In this document: piece by piece, positions 13,330 through 26,831 of the stretch
Numbering within the stretch: the stretch's first letter is position 1
Layout of the letters: every line of letters begins with the position of its first letter
Assembly: GCF_009914755.1 (NCBI RefSeq)
Contig: NC_060928.1
Direction: 5' to 3' (one strand)
Source: the human T2T-CHM13v2.0 reference genome, Homo sapiens
DNA length: 64,000 nt
The notes under the pieces: generated by a model
What the model was told of the DNA's origin: nothing
The model's input: only the letters and a program-made list of their open reading frames with translations
The model's database searches: none
Translations under genes and position numbers: made by a program

Positions 13330-13468
13330 CAGAATTACTTGTTGGCTATTTGAAAACACAGGTTCCTGGCACCCTCACTAAACTATGGAATCAGAATCCC
13401 AGGAATCCACATTTTAATAAGCTTTTGAGTTGCTTTTTACATGCATGCAAAATTGAGAGCCACTGCAG
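13330..13468. mobile_element. MER5A-like fragment
   Basis: 'gaatcagaatcccaggaatccacattttaataagc...ttgagagccactg'. Confidence 0.7.
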
Positions 13469-13499
13469 TAAAAAACCAACTCAAAGCTCAGGTCAATCC

Positions 13500-13970
13500 A
13501 ATCCCATTCAGCAAATATTTATTAAGTACCCACCAAGTACAAGGCACTAAGCTAGTTGCTGCTGAGGAAACGTGAAAGGAAGACCTGGTTTCAGCCCAAG
13601 AAATATATATTCCAGTGGGAAGGAAAACGATAAGAAGAAGACTAGTGATTTTAATACAAGATAGAGCATCATAAATATATGCAGATATAAGGATGGTTCG
13701 GAGTAGGCAGGCATGATACCTAACTGGGGTCCAAGGAACAATATGTGCCACTTTTCCAGAGTTTGAAAGATGATGAAGGTTTTACCTATTACAGCTTCAT
13801 GATCAGAAGAAGCACCAGCTTTGCAGTGAGAAAGTCCTGCATCCTGGTTGTGGCTCTGCTACTTCACTATGTGATTTTGGGCAAATCATCAAACATCTCT
13901 TTGTTAGTTTATTTGTCCATAAAAGGAGGTGGTTGGCAAGATGACTTGAGACCCTTTCTACTCAGAAACT
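13500..13970. mobile_element. L2 3' end (-) followed by MIR (+)
   Basis: 'cattcagcaaatatttattaagtacc' (L2 tail); 'ggctctgctacttcactatgtgattttgggcaaatca' (MIR). Confidence 0.6.
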
Positions 13971-14793
13971 GTTACTCTCGTGTTATCTGCCCCAGTGGTC
14001 TAGGGGTAGGTATTATGGTTTTTTAGACTGACTGGATAAAGACTGTGAGGTGTGGAGCATCTCTGGCAATGGAAGCTTTGTGCCAGGTGAAGAGGTGTGT
14101 TGGAGTTAGAATCCCTTCAGGCTGTGTTCCCAGACAGGTTTGGCAAGAAGCGCTGCTGGTATAGTAGCTGTCACTGCTTAAAAGTTGTTTACTTCTCATT
14201 AAATACAGTAAGGAAAAAATGCAGAGTTTGTTGCTGTTGCTGCTTCAAGATTTGCCCTAGGAATAAACAGAAGATTTCTCCACAATAAAGGCCAGCTAAA
14301 CCTCTATAACTAACTTTGAACAAAGAGTAATAAAAAGCTCAGGAAGAATTATTCTGAGTGAGACTTCTGTCCAGGGTGTGAGAGGACCTCAACAGGACAG
14401 GGTTCAGGTATGCAGAGATGAGTTTGCTTGGGATTTACCTTGGCAGTTTCTTCTCCCCCACCAAGTTCATTTACCATGCAGGTCATGATGATAAATATTT
14501 TTCTTTCTCTGCCATTTTAGGGGTGGGGGCTCTGTAGGGAATGGTGGAGGGAACTGCAACATAAGAATTAGGCTTACAGTTCTTCTGGTGCTATTTCTGA
14601 GCCTTCTGGAGAATAATCACTGTCTTCCTGGACAAGCGATACTTGTGTTTCATCTATTTCTGTGTGACTGCTCCTTTATGAGAGGGAGAGTAAGGATCAA
14701 ACATTCTGAATTTCTCAGGGTAGACGGTGTAGTCTTGAAGCGTTTAGACTACTTACAAAGTTCCTGTGTTAATAATGTAGAACCCTTTGAGGG

Positions 14794-14990
14794 CAATGGT
14801 GTGCAGACAAATATTTAACAGCTTACTGGAGGAGCCTTGATTTATGGCATTTACTGATTTCCCTGGTGTAAATACTTCCACTATAGCTGATTTCAAGCTA
14901 CTGTGGTGAGTTCACAAAGCTTACAGTTGGGAAGAAGTAAGCACAACCCCCTTTAGCAAGCCAATCCGAGCTGGCTCCAGCACACCCCTT
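14794..14990 (+). mobile_element. MER63A-like hAT non-autonomous element
   Basis: Terminal inverted repeats caatggtgtgc / gcacacccctt; internal 'ggtgtaaatacttccactatagctgatttcaagctac'; degraded 8-bp TSD tttgaggg / cctgaggg. Confidence 0.8.
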
Positions 14991-15021
14991 CCTGAGGGCA
15001 CTCCTGAGGTCTTTTCGTGTG

Positions 15022-15446
15022 TGTGTTAGTCTGTTTTGCCTTGCTATAAAAGGATATCTGAAACTGAGTAATTTATAAAGAAAAAAAGTTAATTTGGCTC
15101 ACAGTTTTGCAGATTGTACAAGAAGCGTAGCACTAGCATCTGCTTCTGGGAGGCCTCAGGAAGCTTCCACTCATGGTGGAAGGCAATGAGGGTGAGAGGA
15201 TGGGAGTGGGAGCAGATGTGTAACGTGGCAAGAGAGGAAACAAGAAAGATTTCAGGCTCCTTTAAACAACTAGATCCCCCACGAACTAATAGAGTGAGAA
15301 CTCACTCATCACCAAAGTGATGAGGCTAAGTCATTCATGAAGGATCTGTCCCCATGATCCAACACCTCACATGAGGCCCCACCTCCAGCATTGGAGATCA
15401 TATTTCAACATGAAATTTGGAGAGGGCACACATCCAAACCATATCA
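15022..15446 (-). mobile_element. MST (MSTA/B) MaLR solo LTR
   Basis: tgtgttagt...ccaaaccatatca; 5-bp TSD gtgtg / ctgtg. Confidence 0.92.
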
Positions 15447-16399
15447 CTGTGCAAAACCAAGTTAGTCATTTAGCTGAAAAATCGAGTTTTTGAGAAAGAT
15501 CTGACAAGAAGTACTTGTAGATATCTAGTAGGCCTGCTCGTACTGGGGCTGTAACTACAGTCAGTCATTCTGGAGTAAGCACCACTTGACAGAGGTCAAA
15601 AGTCACAGGTGGAGCCTAACCAGCAGTCATGTAAGATCTTCTTCAGAAATTTCATTTCTGCCTGTTTCTGCTCACTGCTGTTGTGAGTAATCAGTGTTCT
15701 TACCTGGCTTTAAAATTATTCAAAATAACTGAGAAGGATATAGGGGTGAGGACAGGGCAGCCCGCATCTTTATCTAGCATTGTGCTGTTGAGAGTCTTGG
15801 GAAAGACTTGTGAGCAATCATCAACACCAATGCCGGTTCTCTGGGATGGCCTTCAGGAGGGTGTCTGAGATACAGAAATCTCACCTTGTGCTGGTTCAAA
15901 TGTGGCATCAGATAGTTCAGTGTTTGAGTAATGACATGTAGACTCTCCCGGGATATGTTTTCATTCTTTTTTTTAATTCCAAAAGTAAATTCTAATGGAA
16001 ATAAAAATAAAACAATATAGAGAGCTACCAAGTAAAAGCACTATTTCCCTCCTTCTCACCTACTATTACACAACTTAGCATCAACCACTTTTAATAATTT
16101 GGCATATATCATTCAAGGTTTATACCTATTGGTATTCAGATAATTAGGGCTTTTATTGTCATTTTTAATGTGTTTTTTGTAATGTTATACAAAAATGAGA
16201 TCATATTATATATAGTTTAAGCCTTGATTTTTCAATTAAGACACATAATGGTATTTTTTCAATGAGCTCATTTAAATCTGTATAGTTCCTTTTAATAGCT
16301 ATTTAAAAATCCCAGAAATAGCTTCAAAGTGCTGCTGTTAGATGGTTTTATATTCTTCCACTATTACAAATATGCTGAAATATGCAACTTCATAAGGAG

Positions 16400-16650
16400 G
16401 AGGTATGTGGTTAATTTTGGTGATTCCTTGGGGGACAGATTATTTGAGTTCAAATCCTGGCCAGCCACTGACTATCTGTGTGACTTTAAGCAAGTTATTT
16501 ATCCTCTTCTTACCTGAATTTCATAATCTGCAAATTGAGATTGATAGTAATAGTATCTCGTACTGTCATAAGGAATAAGAAAATTAACATACATGCTTAA
16601 AACAATACCTGGCACACAGAAAGTGTTCAGTAAATATTAGCTAATAGTAT
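16400..16650 (+). mobile_element. MIR SINE
   Basis: 'gagttcaaatcctggc..tgtgtgactttaagcaagttattt..cctggcacacagaaagtgttcagtaaatattagcta'. Confidence 0.85.
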
Positions 16651-19600
16651 ATGTATCTTTACACTCTCATGACAGATGACCTAGAAGTGACTCAAAATGT
16701 GTAAAATCGGCTCTGCTGGCTTGAAGCTGGCTCTAGCACCCCACTGCTAGTGGGCAATTCCGAGGGCCATGTCTAAGGTGTTCACACTTTACATCTTGAG
16801 ACGTAATGCCAAATTGCTCCCAACCCCCAAGGTTGCATCATTTTGAATTCTAGTAACAATGTAAAGTGTACCCCTTGCCAACATTGAAGATGATCAGTCT
16901 TTTAAAATGCTACCAGTTTGTCATAATACATGTTATGATATTTGATTCATTCAGAGAACAAGTTATCCAGGAATTCTAGGTACCGAAAAGAGTCATGAAG
17001 AAAGGGTGGAGGAAAGTAGAGATAAGAATCTCTTATGTCCTTTTTATCGGGGACAGAAATCTTCAACATTAAGAGAGCACAATGCTGCTATTGCACAGAT
17101 AGCCTTTCTCCAGGTGATGTTATCTGGTGAGGCACCTTATTTCCCCCACTCTTACATGTCTAGAGTGTGAGTGCCTTATCTAGAGGCAGACACAAGCCAG
17201 AAGTGGTTTGGGCTGATTTTACTAGCTTGTCTGTATCAATACACACAGGTAGATGCCATAGCACTGGGAACTACCTCAGATAGGAGTAAGGCAGCATCAC
17301 TCCCCTCTCCAAAACGCAGATCATATTCTCCCAGATACTCTCTGCCAAAAGCAGGTTGGCCAGGTTATAATTGTTACTCATCACTCCACCCACACGCGTT
17401 AAGTTTTCACTTCTGTTTTATAAAGTGGTAGTTGAACCGTGGGGAGGAAGAAAGAACTGTATTTAACTGTATTTCCAGGATCCTCCTAAGACAGCATAAA
17501 CTATGTTCACAGACCTAATCCCACAAAGCAGTGGTGCATTCAAATGGTTTTTGGAAGTCCAGTATCATCCAAGAAAGGAGATCATACTCCGCTGAGATCA
17601 AGATGTCATTTACCAAGTTGATGTGATCTTTTGCCAGACAGTATAGTCTCCTTTCTCATAGAAATGTGGCAATCTCATTCTGGATAATGTAGAGTCTCAA
17701 TTAACAAATAAGAAATCCCCAAACTATGGTTCAGAACAATATGCATAGAAATTACTCACTGCAGCATTCATAGAATAGAAAGAAAAAGAAAGTGAACTTT
17801 TGGACATCTGGTCAAATAAAGTGACACATTTTGCTGGATACATCCCCAGTTCATCTAATTATATGGGCTGTTAGACATTGGACTGAAGTTATCAGAGCAT
17901 GCAAATATATGCAGAACAGCCATAATCCCAGCTGTAAGAAAATATGTCCAATTGAAGTGGAGATCTTGTAATTATCTCAAATTAATGTAGACAATTGGCA
18001 GGATATAGCCATTAACAAAAATAAATATATTCTCTTTGTGGCTTATATGTTATATATTAGATGAACTAATTGGAAAAAATATGCAGTGCACTTTTATACC
18101 AATAACATCAGTACAAGACTGGTGAAATGAGAGTATATAATCAGGATAACTCTCGATTTCATACATTTCAGAAGACGAAAAAGAGACAATTATTCCCTTT
18201 GTTCCCAGATTTTCCCCCTATGAATAGTTGGATTCAATGTCTGTTAAAAGTCATTGGGGAAATTTATTTTCTTGGTGAGGGCAGAAAAGGATACTTTATT
18301 AATACACCTAAATGGCTTAAATCCAGATTTTGTGTAAAAACACAGAAATTCCTGTTTTTATGTAAAGTTCGGGGAAATTTTCTTTACAATACCAGATATC
18401 CAGTTATCCTTTATTTTTTCCACCAGTCTGTATCTCTTTTTCATCCAAAGTCTCCTTTGAAGTCAACTGTGATCCAACACAAATAAGAGATGAAGTGTGA
18501 GGGATAAGAATCTAGATTAAGATAAATAGCAGGTTCCACCCCAGCCTCAGGTGTCAGGCAACCAAAAAAGTTAAAACTTTTCCAAGATCTACCAAAGTTA
18601 AGTAATGAAAATATAGGGAATGCCTAAAAATCAATGAAGCCTGAGCAGAGATTTCCCCAATGGAATATGGTGCTCTACAATGATAAACACTTCCCCATTT
18701 ATATTTTTAAATTTTACTTTTCCCTGGTTTGGAGTCACTAAGCACCTAGAAATTGGAGACTAGTTTCCCTTTTAGTTTGTATGTGCAAGATTCTAAGTCA
18801 GCACTAGTGAAAGAAGCCTGTATTTCTCCCAAGTATCTGGAAAGCTCCATCCTTTTATATGTAGTTTCACAGACATATGAACTCCCTGACTGTCTAAAAA
18901 GCAACTGAAAAAAAAAATTCCAATGAATCTAGCTAATTTCTTTATGTTGCAAGGGTATCTGAACAGTAAATCAAATCAAAACAAAACTTTCTTATTCCTC
19001 CACCCATACCTGCCTACAATTGTAACCTGTTGTACCAGGAACACCCCTGCTTATGTGCAACTATATCTCATGGGCTACCATTGAGTTTTTAATGCATGGA
19101 GGACTAAAGCTTGGAGAGTGGAAATCTATTCACAGATGCAATCCTCATTTATTTACTCAATTACAAGGGAAAATTCAATCACCTCCCAGGGGTTCCTGGC
19201 AGTATCCTCAATGCTGGGGCTGGAAAAATGCCTAAGATACATTTCTTATTATGGAGGTTCTAACAGGAGAAACAGAGATTCAAATATTACAGTGTAATGT
19301 GATAAGATGCTATAGATGCTATAAGAAGTGCTAATTAATACCAATGTTTATGAGCAATGAACTTAAAAATAAAGACCAGTGCCCACTTGAAGGCTTTGCC
19401 TTCTTTTTCTGAAGATAACGCCCCCAGTTTTCATGATTTTTGAATAGTCTTAAGTGCTTTCTGTATTTATGCAGTCTGTTAAATCTTTTTTAGCTGATAT
19501 GCTTATTTACATATCAGATCATTTTAACAATAGACTTTGTTACAAATGCACACTATTTTTTTTTTTTTTAAGATTCAAAGATGCAGGGCTGAAACGTAGC

Positions 19601-19704
19601 AGCTTTCCTAGTTAAAACTCTGGTACATAATACAGTCACGAGGCCATGTTTGACTGAGTTTACCACTTGAGCTGTAGTAGCCACAAATATGAAATAAAAA
19701 GGGA

Positions 19705-19950
19705 TTTCCAAGTTAGATAGAAGGAACAACTTATAGTATTCAATAGTACAGTATGGAAATTATAGTTAATAGTAATTTTTGTATATTTCAAAATAGCTAG
19801 AAGAATTATAGTCAAAATTGAGGTGATGGATATCCCAATTTCTCTGACTTGATTATTACACATTGTATACATGTATCAAAATATCATATGTACCCCCAAA
19901 ATATGTACAACTGTGCTATATCAATTAAAAATACAAAAACAGAAAGAAAA
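19705..19950 (+). mobile_element. L1MA 3' end fragment
   Basis: 'gaggtgatggatatcccaat..gattattacacattgtatacatgtatcaaaatatca..' plus A-rich tail. Confidence 0.85.
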
Positions 19951-22023
19951 AGCAATATTTTAGTGGCTACTTTGGGAAAAAAGCAATATATGAAAACCCA
20001 CATTTACACAAAGAATATGTTGTGAGGATTCACTTTACAAAAATACTCAAAATAAAATATAGTTGATATTAATATTAGTTTTTTCTAATACAGTGAAAGG
20101 CAGTTTATTAATATAAATTTTAGTTAAGTCTAATTTTGGTGACAATTGTCTATATGGAATCATGATCTCCAACGTTGTTATTATGACTGTTACTCCTCCT
20201 ACTTACTGTTTACATCATATAACCATAACTAAATTTTCTTGATATATGGGAGGAAATAAAGGCATTTCCAGTGCAAGGCCTAAAGAGCGATCCTTTATTC
20301 CTGTGAAAGAGGTAACTCTAAGTACTTACATTCATCCAAAAGGCCTGATATTCATTTTAGTCCCTGAGAAATGCAGTAACTGGAAATGTCATCCTCTTCC
20401 CTCATTTTGCTTTCTGTTCCAGGCCTGTGGCTCTCTATTATCAGTGTGATGGGGATGTGGCAAACAATCTGGTTAAATATTTGGCTGGAGCCGTTTGGTG
20501 ATTGTCAATCTGAATAAATGTTAAAATAAATGCACATCATGCTTAGTACCTATGGAAGCAAGGAAAAAGCATATAAAATAAAGACCCTTCCAGTGTTCCC
20601 ACTTAAAGCAATAGAAACCACAATATTGCGTTTTTGCATTTGTCTCACTTTTTCTCTGTATTTTGGTTTCTGTTTTAATGGGAAATGGTAGATGACATCT
20701 ACAATTTGGCAAACATTCACTGCTGTGTACCAGAGATGACTCAAAAACAGGTACTCATAATTGACTGGGAAGCAACTGAAGTGGCTTGTGACTGAGAAAG
20801 ACACTGACACCAAGTCTAGTCTCAGTAGTTTGGGACTTGAGAAGAGGTAATGGCAACACATCTTCAGAGATTGTTTACTTTGGAGAGTTTGTTTCTGGAG
20901 GGCACTCTTTTGTCACAATTAATGCGCAAAGTTGGGAAAAGTTTCCTACCCTCCAAGGGGCTTATCATCTAGCAGTCTAAAAACATGTTTATGCATTCCT
21001 TCATTTATTTGTTCATCCAAACACATTTAGGGCTTATCTAATATGAAACAGAATATGGAGTATTAGAAGAAAGAAGAAAATATGTTGTGCAAAATGAATA
21101 GAAGACACTATTTGCCCAGGAAGAATATATAATCTTATTAGTTACACATCAAGCATATATGTGTATATACAGTATATTTAGAGTATGCATATATATATAC
21201 ATGCTATAGTACATGTGTGTATGCTTGTCTATATACACTGTATGAAGCAAGAGGAGAAAATACTCATGAATTCTAGGAACTGTAGAATGAAGGAGGGATT
21301 TATGTGGGACACATTGGCCTTTTATTGTTGTTTAAGAGTAGTTTTACCTTTCCATTAAGAGCTACTTCAATTTTCACATTTCTTGTGAAGGATAGAGGTA
21401 TCATGATAATAAACATTATAGTCTTATAAAGATAAATGCCCACAGGTGCACTGGTATATTGTGGGTATTGTTACAAATATTCTTTGAAATGACTTCTTAA
21501 TCATCTTTATTCCTTTTGTGCTTTATGAACACGCTGTTCTTCACCTGCTTTCCTTGGTCTTACATTCCCTACAAATATAAACAAAACAGTTCATTGTTAA
21601 CACACATGTTGATAAATGCCAAGTACTGTATCTAAACCAACAAAGGATTATGTGAAGAGGGCCCAAATCCAGCTTGTGTTCATTGTTAATACATGCAGCC
21701 AAGTTTCTCTATACTTTATTCTTATTGCATTGCATTAAACCAACTTTTTACTGATTCTTTTTCATGGCTTTCTTGACAAAGACAGAATGGAAAAATATTG
21801 AGCCATGTAAAGACAGCTCTTCTAAATTTTAGTATAATCTTACCCTCAGCCTTCTGCAAATATAATAAACCAAAGTCTGCTCTTAACTTCCAATTGCTAG
21901 ATCCCTCATATACACACATATGTATTCTTAAGACATTGTGTTCTCAATACCGTATAAGTTTGTCTATATATAAATACTATAAGTTTGCATATGTATATAT
22001 ATACACACACATATGTATTCTTC

Positions 22024-22026
<3 letters not shown>

Positions 22027-22060
<34 letters not shown>

Positions 22061-22061
22061 T
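22027..22061. repeat. (TA)n microsatellite in a TA/CA-rich tract
   Basis: Directly visible. Confidence 0.95.
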
Positions 22062-23139
22062 GTGAAGGAAAGTCCATAAATAGCATTCTCAACTTATGTG
22101 TGTGCCTTTTACTGGAAATTAAAGTTCCGATGACAGCATGTATCATACACACCCTCATGGCCACATTTGTTAATATCTATTCTGTATTAATTAATTCAAC
22201 TTTAATACATTTTGATTTGATTCCCCAAACAGCCAATCATTTGCATCTGATTTGTTTTCTCTCCAAAATTTAAACACATGATTTTTGAAGGATGGAGTGA
22301 AGGGCAAATGTATTTTAAAAGTCTTGATTTGGATAGCAAGAGTGCATAATGGAAATTTCTGGAAAACTAAATATGACTAAGTGGCATATATGAATTGAAG
22401 GATTTGCAAATACCTCATCTTCTGGAAATGTGCATTGTTTAGAACAGACTTCTAAAATGGCTTCTGAAGGTGTCCATTCTAGGCTTAGGTGTGCGTGAAT
22501 GCAGAGCTGCCCTTTACGAAAGATCATTTAGGTCACAGGTATGTCCATTAAGTTGAAATTAAATATTCATTCTTTTAAAAGTATATCTTTATAGTCAGGA
22601 ATAATTGCATTGGGATTCTTCATCTTTTTTTCTTGCTGATTCTAATGGAGGTTTTATCTTTTTGCTTTGCTTTCCGATTATCTTCCAACATTGCTTTCTC
22701 TTTACTAGTTTCAGTTTGAAGTAAGTGATTATTGCATTGGACAGTCACTGAATTTACACTTACACCACTCAATATATGAAGCTATATTCATCCATCCACT
22801 TATTAATTATTGTATTTATTATTCATCCATTCACTTCACAAGCAATTATTGAGAGATATGTATTTTCCAGCATAGCATTAAGTGTTGACCTTATAAAGAT
22901 AAAGATAAATAAGACATTATTGGAGACATATAACCTGTTTAAGGCTACTGCCCTTGGATTTTTTTTATCTTTGTAAAAAATATTTTTATATTTGAGATGG
23001 ATTATTCAATTTTTCTATTTAATGTTTCATGCCCTTTTTAGCTATATAATTTAGGGCATTATACATCATATTGACCTATTTTTGTGAGTGACTTAAAATT
23101 TGAAACTACTTGGTATTCATTTTCTCCAAAAAGTTAATT

Positions 23140-23380
23140 AATAATGACTGACAAGCAATTACTAAACTTTGAATATACATTATCTCAGTTAAACTTCACA
23201 ACACTCATGTGAAGTAGGTATCAATGAAACCCTTATTTATTGTTCTCACTATCTTTACATATGGATGAGAAGCAAAGATTCAGGGAGTTTAATTAATCTG
23301 CTAAAATCCCACAGCTAATAAGTAGCTGAGTTTCAACTCAATCATGCTGTGCTAGACTCTAAACCCTCTTCTGAACCATA
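23140..23380 (-). mobile_element. MIR SINE
   Basis: Antisense MIR motifs. Confidence 0.65.
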
Positions 23381-23789
23381 TTATGAAGTTTCAGAATAGG
23401 CTCCATTAGGGTCTCCAACGTATTGAGGAAGTTTGTCCAAATGTTATGTCTCAGCTTCATCCAGCATCTGGATGGGTAAATTATTCTCAGTCACTTACTG
23501 TATTTGGTGTTTTAAGTGAAATAGTGCAAAGAATTTGTGGTCTAAAAATCCTAACTTTTTCCCATTCATTCTCAGCCCAGATGCCATATAAAACATCTCT
23601 ACAAATTGAGAGGCAAGCGAATTCTCATTTTGCTTTTCTAGATGAAAGCACATAAGGAGGAAAAGGTATCTTTTGTATCTTTTGCCAAGCCTTTGCCTAA
23701 GAAGTAAATAAAAACAATACTTACTAAACACAAAGAGGTTGAAATAATTATTACAGCTAATTCACCTACAGGTGTATTCAGAGGGCAGA

Positions 23790-24020
23790 TTCTGATGTTA
23801 GGAAACTCTTGGTTCCAATCCTGGCTTTATCACTGACTGGCCACGTAAATTTAAAGTCGAACATTGTCTGTAAGTTAATACACTTATCCTTTTAATATAA
23901 TGGGAACATAATAAATAGCTACCTTGTAGGTTGTTGTGAAAATTAAATGCAAAGATACGTGTAAAATTCCCAGGACAGAGCTCAACACAGAGTAAATACT
24001 CAACAATGCTATTTTCATTG
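23790..24020 (+). mobile_element. MIR SINE
   Basis: 'ctaccttgtaggttgttgtgaaaattaaatg..acagagtaaatactcaacaatgcta'. Confidence 0.75.
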
Positions 24021-24079
24021 CAATTGTTGCTAACATTGTCGAGCATGTGTCTGCATTTTATTTCTTGTCTCCCTAGGAA

Positions 24080-24525
24080 ACGTAGTCACATAATACAAGA
24101 TCCTGTGTGACTGGTCCCCAGCCACCTTCAGCCTCATCTTGTCACTGCGCTTCAGCCACACTGGCTTTCTTAGAATTCTCCAAAGGTACTAAGGTTTCTC
24201 CATCCTTAGTTACCTCACAAAGGCTTATCTTTCCCCTCCTCCATCCCCTGTCCAGCTTCTACTCATTCTTCAAACCTCAGTTTAGATGTTGCTTCCTCAG
24301 GTAAGTCTTCTCTGATCATGCCCTCCCAGACAGGCCCTGTCAGGTGTCTCTGTTACATGCCCTTTGCACATTCCATTATTTCTCTGAAGTAGGATCACAA
24401 TCATAATTAAGTATGTATTTGCTTAACATATGTCACTCCACAGACTAAATGATTCATGAGGACATGAACAATGCACACAACAGGGGCTCAATATATCTTA
24501 TTTTTGCTGAGTGGGATGAGTAAAT
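24080..24525 (+). mobile_element. L2 3' fragment
   Basis: 'cagccacactggctttctt', 'tactcattcttcaaacctcagtttagatgt', degenerate TGAA tail. Confidence 0.7.
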
Positions 24526-24783
24526 GACACATTGAATATTTTGAAACCATTTAGTTAAAGCATAGATCTGTATCTCTCAAGGCTTAACTTTCATTTGGTT
24601 CAGGTCATTCAGTCTATGTTTCATCATCCTAAGTGTATCTTAGAACTATAAAATCCACCGCAAATCTGTTCTCCAATTAGTCATATATAAATTAACAAGT
24701 AAAAACATGGTTTGGAGTACACTAAGTTAGAAAATAAAGTGCTTCAAAACAATGAGGAGCATCTTAATTGTTATACTTTAGAT

Positions 24784-25299
24784 TGTAAAAATAAGTCATT
24801 CAAAATCGAAGCTGTTGAAATTTTAAATTATTTTGTTCCTTAAAGGAATGAGATTATGGGACCTGAGTCACATGGTAGGCAGCTATAACTAGGCAGCTGT
24901 AACCTTTGTTGCTCTGATAATAGACAAACTTTTTCTTTACCTACATTGTTCTGTAAAATGTTGTGAAAGAGTATAGGACACTAGAAGAAGACCCTGTCCC
25001 TCTCCGCTGTTGATCTTCATCATAGATTAACTTCCTTCTTACTTCTTTTACACAAAGGCCTCATGACTACCACATCATCTAAGATGGTATGTTAAATATA
25101 TTCTTTTTAATTGGAAAAGGAAAATAAAACAAGCTTGTAGCCAATCAAATTGCTATAACACATAAGTCTCATATAGGAAACATAATCTTATTAATTTTCT
25201 TTGATTTCTAACTCTATTCCTTTGGAGTCTGTGTTACCTGAATGACCATTCTCAGCTTTTAAACTGGGTTCTGATCCTTTTTATTATTTCAGATTGACA
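24784..25299 (+). mobile_element. ERV1 solo LTR (LTR24-like)
   Basis: TG...CA ends (tgtaaaaataagtc / agattgaca); body 'taaaggaatgagattatgggacctgagtcac..gcagctgtaacctttgt'. Family name from memory. Confidence 0.7.
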
Positions 25300-26425
25300 A
25301 GTCTCTCAGCCAGCCTCAAGATGGCTTAATATCTCAGAAGTAGCCCTAGGACCAAGTTTGTTCTAATTTCAAAACCAACCATGCATTCTACTAGTCAAGT
25401 TTTCCTTTTTTTGTTAAAAATAATTGGGTAAAATAAGACCATGTTCAATAATAAGACAAGTTAAACAACAATTGAACAATAATAAATGTTTTTCTTAAAA
25501 TGACAGCTCTTTGAGTTGGGTGTAAAAACAGGTCATTTCTCTATAAATTATGATTATCACTGCCAAAGCCATGCTCTGCTTCAGGGATAGTCTCCAACAA
25601 ACAGGAACTGTGATGATTGTAGAAAATCACAAGGAGAAAAATTGAGTTATTGTACCAAAGTACAGAAATTATTCCTAGAAACAAACCTTTTAAAAATAAA
25701 CACAAGTACAGCCCATGGTTTCCAATTCAGCCATTTTAAAACTGTTTAACCCAATAGATAACCACAAATTGGAAAACCAAGAGAGGACAGTAGACTCTGA
25801 TGACTACATAATAATTTGTTCTCATTTGTCTTTATGCTTTTCAGGCAATCTTGAGTATGTCTCACCTCTGCAACCTTTTTGCTGAAGGCAAACTTTTTAA
25901 TGGCACTCTTATCTGTCTTTAAAAATATCTCCATATGAATATTCCAACTGGAAAAACCAAAAAATTATCCCAGATACATAGAATGCTAACACATACATAG
26001 TTTAGACTTAACTAGTTTTTCCCCCTCTATTTGAGAAAGTATGTTGGCTTAAAATATTTTTTTCCCAAATTCAAGTTATTTGACATTTGTAGTTGACCAC
26101 TCACCAGGCAACCTTCTACTAAATAGAAAAATAACGCTAAATTGATCTTTGACATTAATATAAATAAAATGTTTATTTTATGCTTAAAATTTGTTTTACT
26201 TTGTTCCACTTAGTGAAATAGTAGTAGGCCTATCTCTAGTGGCTTTGCAGTCATCTGTGTCTCACTTCTCTCCCTGGGGAAGCACACGATCTGGGCACTG
26301 GCACTGTTTGAGGTCTGCCTCAGTAGAGGTGCTCCATAACATTTTACTTATCCTTCTTCCTCTTCCCTTTTCCTCACTTCACTTTCCTTTCAGACTATGA
26401 ATCCCATGGCTTCAAGGATACCATC

Positions 26426-26831
26426 TGATATGGTTTAGATGTTTGTCCCCTCCAAATCTCTTGTTGAAATGTAATCCCCAATGTTGGAGATGGGATCTGG
26501 TGGGAGGTGTTTGGGTTATGAGGGTGGATTCTTCATAAATGGCATGGTGCCCTCCTCATGGTAATGAGTGAGTTCACACAAGGTTTGGTTGTTTAAAATC
26601 CTGTGGCACCTCCCCGCTCTTTCTCTGGCTCTCACTCCTTCCATATGATACACCAGCACCCTCTTGCCTTCTACCATAAATATAAGCTTCCTGAGGCCTC
26701 ATCAGAAGCAGATGACAGCACCTTGCTTCCTGTACACTCTGCAGAATCATGAACCAAAACAAACCACTTTTCTTTATAAATTACACAGCCTCAGGTATTT
26801 CTTTAGAGCAATGCAAAAGCAGACTAACATG
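26426..26831 (+). mobile_element. MSTB-like MaLR solo LTR
   Basis: tgatatggtttagatgtttgtcccc...; perfect 5-bp TSD ccatc at 26421-26425 and 26832-26836. Confidence 0.93.

Noticed and set aside
18127-18486. 119-aa ATG ORF in unique DNA
   Set aside because: No recognisable domain, composition typical of AT-rich non-coding DNA, no splice support.
12098-24306. Plus-strand consensus donors GAG|GTAAGT (~12100) and CAG|GTAAGT (~24300)
   Set aside because: Both lie in L2-derived sequence, have no paired acceptors, and occur at chance-level frequency.
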